DNA of 57,924 nt from Reclinomonas americana ATCC 50394. Lineage: Eukaryota. Positions 1 through 14,176 of this stretch are shown one piece after another (positions within the stretch are counted from its first letter, which is position 1; each line of letters opens with the position of its first letter). The notes beneath the pieces were generated by a model. That model had not been told where the DNA came from and did not search any database. It worked only from the letters and a program-made list of their open reading frames with translations. A program made the translations under genes and the position numbers. The stretch lies in contig PS015213.1 in assembly GCA_048213135.1 (NCBI GenBank), forward strand, positions 95,375-153,298, read 5' to 3'.

Positions 1-1371
1 AGCTACTACACACTGGCGCTGACCAAGGACGGAAAGGTGTATGAGATGGGTCGCCGGCATCGCGTGTACGGAAAGCACTCGGATCGTCCGCACATGTTGC
101 AGTGGTTCCAGCATCACGGAATCACTGTTCGGCGAATCGCCGCAGGAGCCACACACTTTGCTGCGATTGCAGGTCTCGCCGTCCCTGATTCATTCTTTGC
201 TTCTCCGACACTGAGCGCGTGTGCAGACAATGGGAATCTGTACATGTGGGGTGAGGCGACGGGAGGTCGCCTCGGGCGTGCCGGACTCGGCAACTACCAC
301 GACACACCCGTGCATGTGGAGACTCTGACCGGCGTCACTGACGTGGCTTGCGGGCAGATGCACACGGCTGCTGTTGCAGGTTTCGTTTGCGGGCGGCAGT
401 ACTCTCTGTGATTTTGCTCACACATCAAACAACAGAGTCCGGCAAGGTGTTTGTGTGGGGCGATGTTGCGTTGCTCGCTTCCGGTCGCCATTGTTTCCCT
501 ATTCGCACCCCCCCTTTTTTTTGCTCATGCTGCGAGCAGAACCACGCACTCCAACTCGGCCCGTTCAGCTGTCACAACTGGGAGACACCGGCGGATTTGA
601 GCTCGGTGGAGGAACGTGGCAGTGGCGACTTGCACGGACGACGGGCGGAGCGCGTCGTGGCGAGTGGCCACATGACAGCAGTGCTCACTGGTGAGAACAC
701 AAAAAACAGTCGCGGTGAGGTTGCGTCGTCTCACTGCTACNNNNNNNNNNNNNNNNNNNNACGCTCGCAGACACGCAAGGAGTCATCTCGTGGGGCCAAG
801 GTGACCACGGAAAACTGGGACTCGGCAGCGGTATCACCGTGCAGAGGGTCAGCAGCGCGTTGATCGCCACACATCACCCCAAATAGATCGCCGACTGTCT
901 CTCCTTTGTGTTGTGACAGATACCGCTGTCAATTGACGAACTGCGTGGCGCGGAGAGACGAGTGGCCAGCTTGTCGCTGGGTTTGGCTCACGCCGGCGCC
1001 ACGACCAGTTACGCGACGCTTGTTTCTCTCTCTTGTCTCACTCGTTACTGCCGCTGATGCCGCGCCACTGGAATGCAGCCTCGGGCGAGCTGTGGATGTG
1101 GGGCCACGGCGGTCATTTCCAGCTCGGTCTCGGCAATCTCTTTGACAAGTACAGTCCCACCCTCGGTACGTTATGTGCCATGCAGTTTTGGTTGCATCCC
1201 TGTGCCTCACTGTGCATTGTAGTGAGTGGACTGGGCGAAATGTTTGTCGAATCGGTATCGTGCGGTCTCCATGTTGCGTCCATCGCACCGCTGTCGTCTT
1301 TGACGTGAATCTGTCTGACTGTTGTTTCAATTGCAAAGCACACATTGGTCGTGTGTCGAGCGCCCGCCTAG
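1..1371 (+). CDS. RCC1-repeat (beta-propeller) protein, 3' part, spliced; 5' end lies outside the window
   Basis: Spliced translation gives successive RCC1 repeats (IAAGATHFAAIADNGNLYMWG, VACGQMHTAAVAESGKVFVWGDNHALQLG, LSLGLAHAGATTTSGELWMWG, VSCGLHHTLVVC). Introns include 173-226, 465-539, 1008-1078 and 1273-1338; TAG at 1369-1371. Confidence 0.9.
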
Positions 1372-1600
1372 TACATACACAGTGCACAAGCGGTAATTTC
1401 ATTCCTTCACGCTGCACACGCACACACACACACACACACACCTGCATAAAGAAAAATACGATTCACGTATATAAAGAAAAGACGAAAGTATTGCGAAACA
1501 GGATACAAATGGAGAGAGAGAGAAGAGAGGGATTAGGGACGTTAAACAGAATACATGCAGAACAAAAAATCAAGCAATAATAATGATACACCACCACGCC

Positions 1601-4600
1601 CTATCGTGATGAGCGATCGCCGCCGCCGGTACCGCTCGGGGCTGGCGCAGCGCGTGCCGCTGTCGCTGCCGACGGCATCTCTGGGGATTTGGGCGCGGAG
1701 GGAGGCTTGGGAAGTGGGGGCACCACCAGCTGTCGATGAGGCACAGTGGGATCGGATTCGGCGCGACGCGGACGACCGAATTGCGGCGAGAATCGACGAT
1801 CCGACAGGATCTGCACCTGGTCCGGAGTGTCGTCGTCGCCCGTGGTTTCGTCGTCATCCAAATCGTCGTCGCCCATCAGCACGTCACGCAGAATCGGTTC
1901 CGATCGAGACGGATGTGCTGCAGGATGCTGCTGCTGCTGCTGTTGCGGCTGCTGCAGTTGTTGTTGTTGATGCGCCGACGACGAAGNNNNNNNNNNNNNN
2001 NNNNNNNNNNNNNNNNNNNNNNNNNNNNNNNNNNNNNNNNNNNNNNNNNNNNNNNNNNNNNNNNNNNNNNNNNNNNNNNNNNNNNNNNNNNNNNNNNNNN
2101 NNNNNNNNNNNNNNNNNNNNNNNNNNNNNNNNNNNNNNNNNNNNNNNNNNNNNNNNNNNNNNNNNNNNNNNNNNNNNNNNNNNNNNNNNNNNNNNNNNNN
2201 NNNNNNNNNNNNNNNNNNNNNNNNNNNNNNNNNNNNNNNNNNNNNNNNNNNNNNNNNNNNNNNNNNNNNNNNNNNNNNNNNNNNNNNNNNNNNNNNNNNN
2301 NNNNNNNNNNNNNNNNNNNNNNNNNNNNNNNNNNNNNNNNNNNNNNNNNNNNNNNNNNNNNNNNNNNNNNNNNNNNNNNNNNNNNNNNNNNNNNNNNNNN
2401 NNNNNNNNNNNNNNNNNNNNNNNNNNNNNNNNNNNNNNNNNNNNNNNNNNNNNNNNNNNNNNNNNNNNNNNNNNNNNNNNNNNNNNNNNNNNNNNNNNNN
2501 NNNNNNNNNNNNNNNNNNNNNNNNNNNNNNNNNNNNNNNNNNNNNNNNNNNNNNNNNNNNNNNNNNNNNNNNNNNNNNNNNNNNNNNNNNNNNNNNNNNN
2601 NNNNNNNNNNNNNNNNNNNNNNNNNNNNNNNNNNNNNNNNNNNNNNNNNNNNNNNNNNNNNNNNNNNNNNNNNNNNNNNNNNNNNNNNNNNNNNNNNNNN
2701 NNNNNNNNNNNNNNNNNNNNNNNNNNNNNNNNAGGAAGAGGCAGTGGAGGCCGACGACGAGGCCGACAGGCGCGACGCATGAAGCGGCGACGCCAGTGTG
2801 ACCTTGATCTGCGTTCCGTGCTCCTGCCCGGGTCCCACGACTGACGACGGCGCCGAGTGCGACGACATGCGAACACGGTGAACGCTGGAGGGCGCTGACG
2901 AGTGCAGCGCGCGAGGTGGAGAGCGCGTACGCCGACTGTGCAGCGGTCCGCGTGGCCGCTGTGACGGCGCCGACAGCGGGGAACCCTCGTCGGGCGAACG
3001 CGGTGACAGCACGTCGTCCGGCGGCACCTCACGCTCATGCAAACTGTACGATTGCGGCTCAGGGTGCATGGACGAACCGGGGCTTGGCGTGCCCGACGAG
3101 CCGCCGCGACCGCCACCGCCACCAGCACCACCACCGCCGCTGCTGCTGGTCACCGATAGCGAATCCGGTTCCGATGCATTCTCCTGCGACCGTGTCCGNN
3201 NNNNNNNNNNNNNNNNNNNNNNNNNNNNNNNNNNNNNNNNNNNNNNNNNNNNNNNNNNNNNNNNNNNNNNNNNNNNNNNNNNNNNNNNNNNNNNNNNNNN
3301 NNNNNNNNNNNNNNNNNNNNNNNNNNNNNNNNNNNNNNNNNNNNNNNNNNNNNNNNNNNNNNNNNNNNNNNNNNNNNNNNNNNNNNNNNNNNNNNNNNNN
3401 NNNNNNNNNNNNNNNNNNNNNNNNNNNNNNNNNNNNNNNNNNNNNNNNNNNNNNNNNNNNNNNNNNNNNNNNNNNNNNNNNNNNNNNNNNNNNNNNNNNN
3501 NNNNNNNNNNNNNNNNNNNNNNNNNNNNNNNNNNNNNNNNNNNNNNNNNNNNNNNNNNNNNNNNNNNNNNNNNNNNNNNNNNNNNNNNNNNNNNNNNNNN
3601 NNNNNNNNNNNNNNNNNNNNNNNNNNNNNNNNNNNNNNNNCGCGTGTTTGATGGGAACCATCAGCGACCCTCGTGGAGACGGCCGTCGCGGAGGAGGCGG
3701 CGGTCCGACGAGTGCACGCGGCGAACCAACGAGTCCCATCGATGCTGGGCTGCTGAGATCGTCGCCAAAGCTGCACGTACACGGTGTGAATCCTCACATT
3801 TTCTTGGCCCCGCCTACGCCAGCACGACAAGCAAACCAACTACGCACCTCGACGCCGTGCTGTTGCACGACAAGCTCGAGTCCAGTCCACTACCACCACC
3901 ACCACCACCACCAGCTGCACCAGTGGTGCCTCCCACACTCAGCGAACCCGACAAGCCGGCGCCACCGCCAGAGACACCAGCAGAGGCACTGCCTATTGAC
4001 AAATCGGCACCGGCTGGCGTGCTCGCCGCGAAGCTGCCGGTGAGGGCACTGGAATCGAGCGCATCGCTCGAATGGTCATCGTCGCCGGGGTCGGAGAACG
4101 CCGGCTCTGGCGAATACGCATCGCCACACAGCTCCCGACTCAGCGGCTCAATGTGTGCACCAATGAGGGCCGCCGGTGGCGACACCGTGCCCTGCGGCAG
4201 CGACGACGACCGAGGCCGCGACGACGACGAGGAGGAGGAGAGCGGTGAACTCACATCGCCGTCCTCCATCGGGTACAGGCCGTCGGGATTGGTGTTGTGG
4301 CGCAGCCAAATGTTGCCGCGGTTCACCAACAGTGCCGGATCCACGGTGGCGGCAATGTTGGGCGACGACTGCCCACGCGACACGACGGCACTGAATGGGG
4401 CGGTGCTGCTGCCGGTCGACGCGTGATGCGAGTGAGCCGAGTGCACTTGCTGTTGCTGTTGCTGCTTGCGCCGTGCATGCAGAGGCATGCGCGCACCGGG
4501 CGGCAGATTTTGCTGGTGGAAGTGCTGCTGATTGTGGCCCGTGGACACAAACGAGCCACCGACAAATGGACCAACAGTCGATGCGTGCCGTGAGTTTTGC

Positions 4601-7600
4601 ATCTGTGGCATCACCACATTANNNNNNNNNNNNNNNNNNNNNNNNNNNNNNNNNNNNNNNNNNNNNNNNNNNNNNNNNNNNNNNNNNNNNNNNNNNNNNN
4701 NNNNNNNNNNNNNNNNNNNNNNNNNNNNNNNNNNNNNNNNNNNNNNNNNNNNNNNNNNNNNNNNNNNNNNNNNNNNNNNNNNNNNNNNNNNNNNNNNNNN
4801 NNNNNNNNNNNNNNNNNNNNNNNNNNNNNNNNNNNNNNNNNNNNNNNNNNNNNNNNNNNNNNNNNNNNNNNNNNNNNNNNNNNNNNNNNNNNNNNNNNNN
4901 NNNNNNNNNNNNNNNNNNNNNNNNNNNNNNNNNNNNNNNNNNNNNNNNNNNNNNNNNNNNNNNNNNNNNNNNNNNNNNNNNNNNNNNNNNNNNNNNNNNN
5001 NNNNNNNNNNNNNNNNNNNNNNNNNNNNNNNNNNNNNNNNNNNNNNNNNNNNNNNNNNNNNNNNNNNNNNNNNNNNNNNNNNNNNNNNNNNNNNNNNNNN
5101 NNNNNNNNNNNNNNNNNNNNNNNNNNNNNNNNNNNNNNNNNNNNNNNNNNNNNNNNNNNNNNNNNNNNNNNNNNNNNNNNNNNNNNNNNNNNNNNNNCCG
5201 AGCATCAGTAGCGGAGACCGAGTGCGGGCAGTGTTGCGCGGCCGCGACACGGCAATGTTGCGCTGTGTCGGCAAGGTCAACACAACATCACAAGCAAGCA
5301 GTAGAAAGAAAGTCACTCGCACACACTCACCAGTGACGGGTGACGAGTGTCAGCCAGCAGGGAGCCAGGACCATTGGGACCGCCTCCCTGCTGTGCGCTC
5401 GGGGCACCGGATCCTGTGCCACTGCCTGCACCGAGAGTCGACGGAGACGGTGATCGAGAAGAGGCGCGTGACGTGGGCGCTGACAGCGAGGAGCGCGCGG
5501 CGGCCAGCGACGACTCGGTAGCCGCACGGATGAGTGGCGCAAACATCACCGGCACGCCGGCAGCTGCTGCCGCCGATGCTCTGGAGGCTGCATTGGCGGC
5601 GGTGGCGTTTGCTGCTGCTGCCGCGGACGAGCCATCTGCATTTCAATAACAGAACACAGTGAGAAAGAAGCGACTCTCACAGCGCGACACACTGGCTCGC
5701 GACGCACCAATGACAGGGAGAGAGTTGCGATGCAAGTCAATCGCCGTTGATGTCGCATTCGGATCGAAATCTCCGACCATGAAGGGATGCACCGTGTCGA
5801 ACGCCGAATTGGATCGGGGACGCTCGTGCACGTAGCCCTGGAAGGCGAGGCGAGTGGCTTGCGACGGCGACAAATCCACTGACGGCGACTCGGCGCCACC
5901 ACCTTCACCTCCGGCACTGCTGCCGCGACCACTGCCCGCTGCCGACAGACTACCGTCGTTGGATGGATTGGCGCGCAGAACTGCGTGCGAAACACCAGGC
6001 TATACAAAAAAAACAGTCAGACGCCGCCAAGGAAGAAATGTCACTGCGCAATACAAGCGAGCGCGACNNNNNNNNNNNNNNNNNNNNNNNNNNNNNNNNN
6101 NNNNNNNNNNNNNNNNNNNNNNNNNNNNNNNNNNNNNNNNNNNNNNNNNNNNNNNNNNNNNNNNNNNNNNNNNNNNNNNNNNNNNNNNNNNNNNNNNNNN
6201 NNNNNNNNNNNNNNNNNNNNNNNNNNNNNNNNNNNNNNNNNNNNNNNNNNNNNNNNNNNNNNNNNNNNNNNNNNNNNNNNNNNNNNNNNNNNNNNNNNNN
6301 NNNNNNNNNNNNNNNNNNNNNNNNNNNNNNNNNNNNNNNNNNNNNNNNNNNNNNNNNNNNNNNNNNNNNNNNNNNNNNNNNNNNNNNNNNNNNNNNNNNN
6401 NNNNNNNNNNNNNNNNNNNNNNNNNNNNNNNNNNNNNNNNNNNNNNNNNNNNNNNNNNNNNNNNNNNNNNNNNNNNNNNNNNNNNNNNNNNNNNNNNNNN
6501 NNNNNNNGCAACTTCACGCGAACTGTGCTCACTGCTGTCGGCTGCCTCGCTGTCACTCGTGTAGCACACATCAAGATGCGTGCTCGGTGTCATTGTGACC
6601 TGCAGCCAGTCACAAAATATAGTGAGAAGAAGCAATGAAGAATAGGGGTGGGGGCACGCCGCACCTGGTCCAGTGACAACGATTCAGGCGTGACGCCGCG
6701 GTCACTCAGCGTGCCGCCCATGTGCGGTGACCCACCCGGCGTCATGCCCGACGAGCCGGTGCTGTCGACCATGGTTGCGGCAACACTGCTGTATGCCGGA
6801 GCCTGCTCGGAGGTCAGCTTTGCCAAGTTGGTGGCGTTCGTGATGTTGAAGCCGAGGAACTCGTCGGCATCACTGTCGTCCGAATCGACCTGCTCGATAA
6901 AGGCGAGCCAGTGAGCTTGCGGGAGAAGGGGTGAATACGCAAAAAGAAAGCTCGCGCACTGTTTCTGCATCGGCGGCTGCACTGCGCTCCTCCTTGGTGC
7001 TGGAGTCCGAGCTCGAGGACTCGTCGTCGTCGGAAATGACGTCGGACTTGATGGGATACACAGCGTGTCTCTCTGCACGAGTGGTGATGAGTGAGGGCGA
7101 CACGCACAGCATCATTGCGCGACTGCGGGTTCACACCTTCGAACAGCGACGTGTCCTCGTCGTCACCAGTCTCGGGCACATACTCGGCTCGCTGACGATG
7201 AATGTTCTCCCAGTCAATGGTCGCAAAGAACGGGTGTGCCTTGATTTCAGCAGCACCTGCGACACGCGATGACAATACCGTGAGGATGCGGCGGGAGAGG
7301 GCAAATAGAGAGTCCTCATCACCCACTCACCATGCGCTCCAAGTCGACGATTGGGATCACGACGCAAGAATTGCTTGATCAAGTCGCGTGCATCCTCCGA
7401 CACATCCTCCGGCAGATCGTCCCACGGAATGTCTACGGTAGGGTGAAGTGAGCACAATCGCGCACGTAGAGTGCAATGGAGTGCACGTCGGTGGCTCAAC
7501 TCAGTGAGAGAATGTTGTCAAAGATGGCCTCGGGCGTGGCGTCGTTGAAGGGTGGGCAGCCGGTGAGGAACTCGAAGAGACAGACGCCAACCGACCACCA

Positions 7601-10600
7601 ATCGATCGCGGCACCTGCGTCGTGCATGAGTTCGCCGCCGCCGTGTACAACATACACGATGGAGCCCAGCAAAAGCACGCAACTCTGTTCGAGGCCGAGC
7701 AGCACCTCGGGACTCATATAATCCGGACTGCCGCACGCGCTGCCGAGACGCTCGCGTCGACCCTCTTTCTCACCAGTTGGCGACATGGCCGACGGCGGTG
7801 GGCGCATCGGCGACTTGCCAGTCATGTCCACCGTCTCGTCCATGAACGGGTCTGTGTGGTTGATACACAGATGTGGGTTCAGTAAAAAGATGGTGAGTAC
7901 CGGTGATGATGCAAAGCACGTCACCGTCAACAAGGCCGGCACGAGCGAGGCCAAAGTCAGACAGCTTCACGTGTCCATCGGTTGTGATCAGCATGTTATC
8001 CGGCTTGATGTCACTGCGGTGGCGGAAACAATCAATGAGTGCGAGACAGCTGACATATTTTTTCTTTCGTTTCACACACAAAAACACACCGGTGCAAAAT
8101 GTCGTGCGAATGCAGATACTCGAGAGCCAACACGACTTCGGCAATGTACTGCCGTGCCATGTTCTCGGGGAACTCGCCGAAACGCTGCAGCAGCGCGAAC
8201 AAGTCGCCGCCGTTGAGGAACTCCATCACCAGATACAAATGTTTCTGCGATCCAGACGAGTCGCGAGTCAGCATCATACCAACACGCCACACACACACAC
8301 ACAAGCTATCGTTTTTGTGCTTCACCTTGCCCTGGAACGAGTAGTAGAAGCGCACGAGGAACGGGTTGCTGGTCTGCGCCAGCACATCGCGCTCGGCCAG
8401 CACGCGCTTCACCTGCTTCCGCCGCACCATTTCGTCCTTGCGCAGCACCTTGATGGCGTACAGGTCGCCAGTCGAGAGCTTGCGCGCCAGGAACACGCGA
8501 CCAAATGCACCGCGAGAGATGCACTTGATGACACGGAAGTCGCGAATCGACATGCCACGCGACTTGGGCTGTGTGAGCGCCACGAGGTGAGTCAGCCACC
8601 CACCAGTGGGGAGAGAAAAGACTAGCACCGCCCTTCCAACTCACCCTTGACAACAGGCGCGGGGTATTCGGCTCCGACAGGAAGCTGGCATCCTCGCTCT
8701 CCTCGAATCGTCGCGGAGTACTCATGTTGGACGCTGCGACACTCGATCGGTAAGGGAGGAACTTCTGTTCTGTGACATGCCTTCCTCTACGCAACAAAAC
8801 GTGTCGTCGCCAACAAAGTCGTGCGCAAAGGGCGAGTGCGACTGGCCCGACATGTGGTACGTGTGATCGCCGTGCATGTTGGGTGACTGCGCCTCGGAGC
8901 CAAACAACTGCGGCGAGTCCGACGAGCCCGGCAGGCGTGGCGAGTTGTAATCCGACCCAGAACCGGCACCCGTAACACCAATCCCGAATGGATTCGAGTC
9001 CAGCGAGATGTGCGGGTGTTCTTGACTTCGGCTCGACAGCTGATGCCACCAATCATATCATCATCAGTGGGAAGTGATCAGGGCGACAGACGAAACGACA
9101 ACTGGCACTCACCGGTGAGTCAATCTCTTCGCGTCCTCGTGGCACACGCGGCGACATCGAGTCCATGCTCTTCCTTCCGACGCCCAGCTCGGGATTCGGA
9201 CTGGGAGGCATCAGGCCAAGCTGTAACTAGCACAAAGCATTACCATGTATGAGCAACGCAATTGGCCAATGAAGCAAAAAGCTCTGCGCGTCGCAACTGA
9301 GTCCGGTTGGAACTGGTCCAGTGACGACGACGAGTTGCGACGCGAGTGCGTCCTCGATCCCGCCACCGTCGACATGTAACGACCGGCAGCCGACGCGGCA
9401 CCGTCCTTGAGTGCCGCCAGCTTGTCAGCCACCACACTCTCGATACGCCGCGCAAACACCATGAGGTTCTCGTTGATGTGTGGTGCACTCTCCTGCGTGG
9501 GGGAGGGTGAGTGACAGACAACTCGTGATGGTGAGAATCGAGGAGAGTACGCACTTGGATGAGATGGCTAATGTGCGAGAAGAGCGTCTGGCAAGCCACG
9601 GGCGACTCGTACGGGCCACAGTTCAGCTTCAAGACGCTGTGTGCCGACAAACGAAAGTGGTGAGTGAATTCTAGAAAACAGTGGAAGCAGGGCGACAGCA
9701 CACGCAACTGCATGGCCAGCAGGTACAAGTTTCGCATCACCGGAATGTCCGCATCCTCACAAGCATTCACCGTGGCCTCGTCCTGCACCAGACACAGATG
9801 AGTGAAAAATAGGGTGGTGATGCACATGGGAGAAGAGTACGTACCCAGTTCTCGGCTCCCTGCGGCATCTTCTTGCGCAACGCTCGTGCCAGCTGCGGCG
9901 GAGATGAGCACGTCGCCCGCAACACTCAACACGCCCACACACTTTCTCTTCGCCTCACCTTGCGTAATCTCTCGTCGCAGCTCGATGCCTTGACACCACT
10001 GTTGCTAAACTTGGTGCAATGGCGCGAATGCTCCTCCAGCATGTCCACTGGCACCACCTCCTCGCAGATGCGGCACAAGAGATCGAGTGCCACCGGGCTC
10101 TGCGGCGTCGGAGCCGGCAAGTCCGAGTGGCGTCGAATAAGTGGTGGTGCTGATCGCGCGCTCGTCGGTGGTGAATACGTGTAGCTGCCGACAGCTGTGC
10201 GCGGGCGATTGTGGTAAAGTGGCGGAACTGTGGGACTTGACCCATCTGCGTGCAGATGTCAATAAATGACGCGGGTGGCAAAGTCACCGCAATGGGCGAG
10301 AGAGAATGACACACACCTGCTGAATCGATAGATCCAGTAGACAACGGCTGAGGTGGCACGCCACCAACTTGCAGAGCGATCGGGTGCAGCGGTTCCAGCG
10401 CAGCCTATTCACATTTGTTTTCTTCGAGTCAGCTTGTGTGGAATCACCTGGAGTCACGCACGACACACAGCGATGTACCTGGTGCGCAGCACTGCTGCTG
10501 TCGTCGTCATCATCATCATTCCCCGCGAGGAGACGTCCGCGATATTGCCCGGTGCCACTCAGCTCGCCTGTCGGCGAGAGCGGCACTGAGGCCATGCTAT

Positions 10601-13600
10601 CCGGTGTGAACACGGTACTGCGTCCGAGTCCGTCACTCTCCGGCGACGAGAGCACCTGACCGGGCGAACCAAGCGGTACGACGGCACTCGAGGCAGAGGC
10701 CGGCGTGTGCATCCCCCTGGAGCTGGCTGGGGTGTCGGCGGCTGCGCGGCCAGCCTGCGGTGCGGCGGCAGATGGCGTGGCCGAGCCGCTGCCGCTGGCG
10801 TCATCCGTGTTCTTGGACCGCAGGCCCAATTTGGCGAATACGCGAGTCAACCAGGTACCCTGGCATCATCACGACAATGTGTCAGCAAAAACAATAATCA
10901 ACAGGGTTTCCAACCTCTGTGTGTGCGTGCGTGTGCGTCACCTTTTTCGCCGAGCCGCCCACCGATGATACACTCTCGGGAGGCGAGGCCGGCGACAACA
11001 CGTCGCTGGGTGTGTTGGGCGATGTGGCATCCGACGGCGATACCGTTTCATCGCTTCCAGTGGCCGTTGGCATTCGCTCATGCAACACCACGTCAATCGG
11101 CGATAGTGGCGGGGGCGTCTGTGGTCGGTCAGTCTGACTCGGCGGCGTGAAATCCAATGTGACGGCCGAAGCGTCGAGAGCCGAGCTACCGCCATCGCCC
11201 GGACCCCTGCCTCCTTCGCTACCTCCATCGCCACCACTTGCTCGAGTTAATGAGATCTGCAGGGGACCTGAACCTCTTGGCACGGGAGTGAATGGTGTTG
11301 ACACCGCCAGCGCGGGAGGTGTTGATGGTGTCGCCGAATCTGCTGCTGCTGCTGCTGCCGGCGTTGTTGTTGTCGTTGTCGTCGTGGTGGTGGTAGTAGT
11401 GGTCGCCGGTGCGGTGGTGACGGATAATCTGTGGACCGAGGCGGGTGGCGGCGGAATGACAATCGTGGAGGGAGTCAGTGGTTCAAGCGAGGCCGCTCCG
11501 TGGTCGGCGGCAGGTGGCGGGGATTTCCTGGAGAGCAAGTGTGGCGACTTGGGAGGCGTTTGACTCGGTGTGGTTGCCGGTGTCTGCGTGGGGGGAGAGT
11601 GTGAGCCGAGGGGGAGGTGCAAAAAATGACGACATCGCTGGCGACGGCGCACCCCTTCCGCCGACACCGCCATTCGATCGGTGGCACCCGAGGCTTTCGG
11701 AGGCGACAGATGCTGCGGTTTGAATCCCGATTCCTCGGCGACGCGGTCGGCCACCTGCACATCCAAATGGCCGCTGATTTCCGTGAGAGGATCCGCCAGC
11801 TCGCCCATGGTCGGGTTGCGTCGAATGCCACTTCCGCGCCGCGCTCGCGATGTTGGACTGTTCGGCGGGTGTGGAGGCCCACCAGGCAACCCAACAAACG
11901 TATTCTGCTTGCGCATCTTGCTGCGGGACGACGTAGTTCCGGTTTTTGTGCCGACTGGCGTGCCGCTGGCCGGCACGTTCTCCGTCTGCGTGAGACGGAA
12001 GCGAGTGAGTCACAGCGACACACGCACTGGGCGACAGATAGCCAACAACGCACCAGGTAGGCCGTCAGGCGAGTGATGCGCGACAGGAGGAACATGAGCT
12101 TGCGTGCATATTTGCGCAGAATGTTGCTCACTTCGTCGCCATTGACGTACGACTTGTCCTCCTCCACATTCTCAATCTCCTCAATGAGCTTGCGTAACCG
12201 CTCGCCATTGCGCAACTCTTGCACAGGCGTGTCGAGAATCAACTGCGACTTCTCTTTCAACAACCGGATGCCACGAATCTGGCCCTCACTCGTGCACGCC
12301 TTGGTCTCGAATCCCTCAATGTCGTGCAAGAACACGCGAATGTCCTCGTCCGTCTGCTGCTTCAGTGTGGCCAATCGTCGCTCCAGCGCATCTACTGTCT
12401 CGGTGCCGGCTGTGCCCGCGTTGCGTACTCTGCCACTCGTGGATGAGAAGGACGACGAGGAAAATACACAGATGATTTGCTCATACCTCCGATCAAAGAG
12501 TGTCGACCTCCCCGCCGGTGTGGGCATGGCACGGCGTGTCTTGGGTGCCGGCGTGACAGGAAATGTGTGCCCGACCAGTGCACTGGCCTCGAATACACCA
12601 ATCTGTGGTGCAATAAGAGAAGAATGAGTCACATGCACATCGTGGGGGCGGGGACGTGTGTCGATGCCGCCGGACTGAGAAGACGAACCGTCGCCGCAGC
12701 ACCACCGACTCCCTCCGGTGTGCCCTTTTTGGGAGACGCCGGTGTTCCTGCACCGTGCTTGGGTGACGATCGCACCGGCGAGGCCGACGGCGACGCCGAC
12801 GATGCGCGCCCAATGCGACGTGACGGCGACAAGGACGAGTGCGTCGCATCGGCAGGCTCGGGAGAATCATCGCCGCCACCGCCACCGCCACCACCACCGC
12901 CAACACCGCCGCTGAGCAGTCCCCGACGGCGATCACCACTGCGTCGCGGTGGCGTAAAGTCCTCGGCAGGAATGCTCAACAGAATGCCCAGCGACCGATC
13001 GCTGCGGAACAACAAGAGTGATGAGTACCAGAAGGAATGAATCCAGGGCTCCTCTCCCCTCTGCTTGTCCACACACATACACACACAGACGCACCGCTCG
13101 GCACGCGTGAGAGGCTCCGGCACGGGAGGCGGCGACGTGCCAGCCAGCGCCGTTCCTGTCTGCGATGACGTATCACTCCCGCCGCCGTAGCCACCGGCGC
13201 CCACACTCCCACCACTGCCCAGCGCGCCCATCAACCGCCCATCACCACCTGCACTGCCATCGCCCGCACCACCACCAGCACCACCAGCCACGCGCTGATC
13301 ATCATCGCCAAAGTACGGCAAATCAGAGTGATGCAGCACACCCGCACTCTCACGATTCCTCGCCGCCACACCCGACAGCGTCGTCGGCGAGTTGTGCGTC
13401 GCCGTGTGATACACCGCCGACGCACGTCGCCCACGCAACAGCACTGCGCGCTGGCGTGTGAGAGCAGTGGAGAGAGAGAGGCGACATGGCGCGAAAGGGG
13501 GCAAGGGCAAACACACACACCTTGCTCACACAACTGCGTCGGCAGCGACATGGAGAGACCACGCAGCCACGACTCGTCGACCGAGAGCAGCTCACTCCCG

Positions 13601-13977
13601 GCCGCGCCCAACGAGCCAACCCCACCAAACGCCGCCAGTGCTGCGGCCGCGGCCGCCGCGCGTTGCCTGCGTGTGAGTGCGTCGTCGCCTGCATGCGGGT
13701 CATACACCTCCTCATCCTCGTCATCCTCGTCACCAATGCCACTGTCACTGGCGGCGAGTCCACGACGACTGCCGTGACTGAGTTGTGCGGCCAACTCCTC
13801 GAGTATCTCCCGCTGTGTGCGGTCATCGTCACTGTCGTACTCGTCGTCGCCGTCGGCCGCTTGCTGCTGCTGTTGTGCGCCACTACCACCACCGGGTCTT
13901 CTCCTCAGTGGACGCCGTGGAGGTGGTGGTGACGACGATGCGTCGGCTGCTTTTGATTCTGTGGGAGCTCCACTCAT
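1601..13977 (-). CDS. Large AGC Ser/Thr kinase of the IRE/Rim15/Greatwall(MAST-like) group, multi-exon, interrupted by gaps
   Basis: Kinase motifs across exons: [56 protein letters not shown], and an AGC tail (DTSLFE...FLGFN). Upstream are a [14 protein letters not shown] zinc finger (about 10015-10080) and an IRE-type helical region ([12 protein letters not shown], about 12060-12390). Continuity of the low-complexity C-terminus across four N gaps is inferred. Confidence 0.88.
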
Positions 13978-14176
13978 CTTTCTCTGCTGTGCTCTTTCTC
14001 TTTCTTTCTCTCACTCACACACACACACACTCGTGCGCGCAGACCGTGGTAAAGAGCAACCGAGCGAGAGTGTGCGAAAGAAGGATTTTTTTTTGATCTT
14101 GGGTTGCCGTCGCGCGATTTCATTCCACTGCCTGGTCACGGTGACCCCCATTCATACAAACACTTCTCACTGAGCA

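Noticed and set aside
1421-1441. (CA)n, (GA)n and trinucleotide microsatellites here and throughout the window
   Set aside because: Ordinary simple repeats in introns, spacers and homopolymeric amino acid tracts.
1555-6638. Long ORFs spanning N runs (also at 28156-33161 and 44280-47923)
   Set aside because: Their length comes from scaffold gaps translated as X; most are antisense or off-frame to the spliced genes.
8905-8976. GTTACG motif in the kinase gene as a possible donor
   Set aside because: The reading frame runs through continuously ([17 protein letters not shown]), so no intron is needed. It was not counted.
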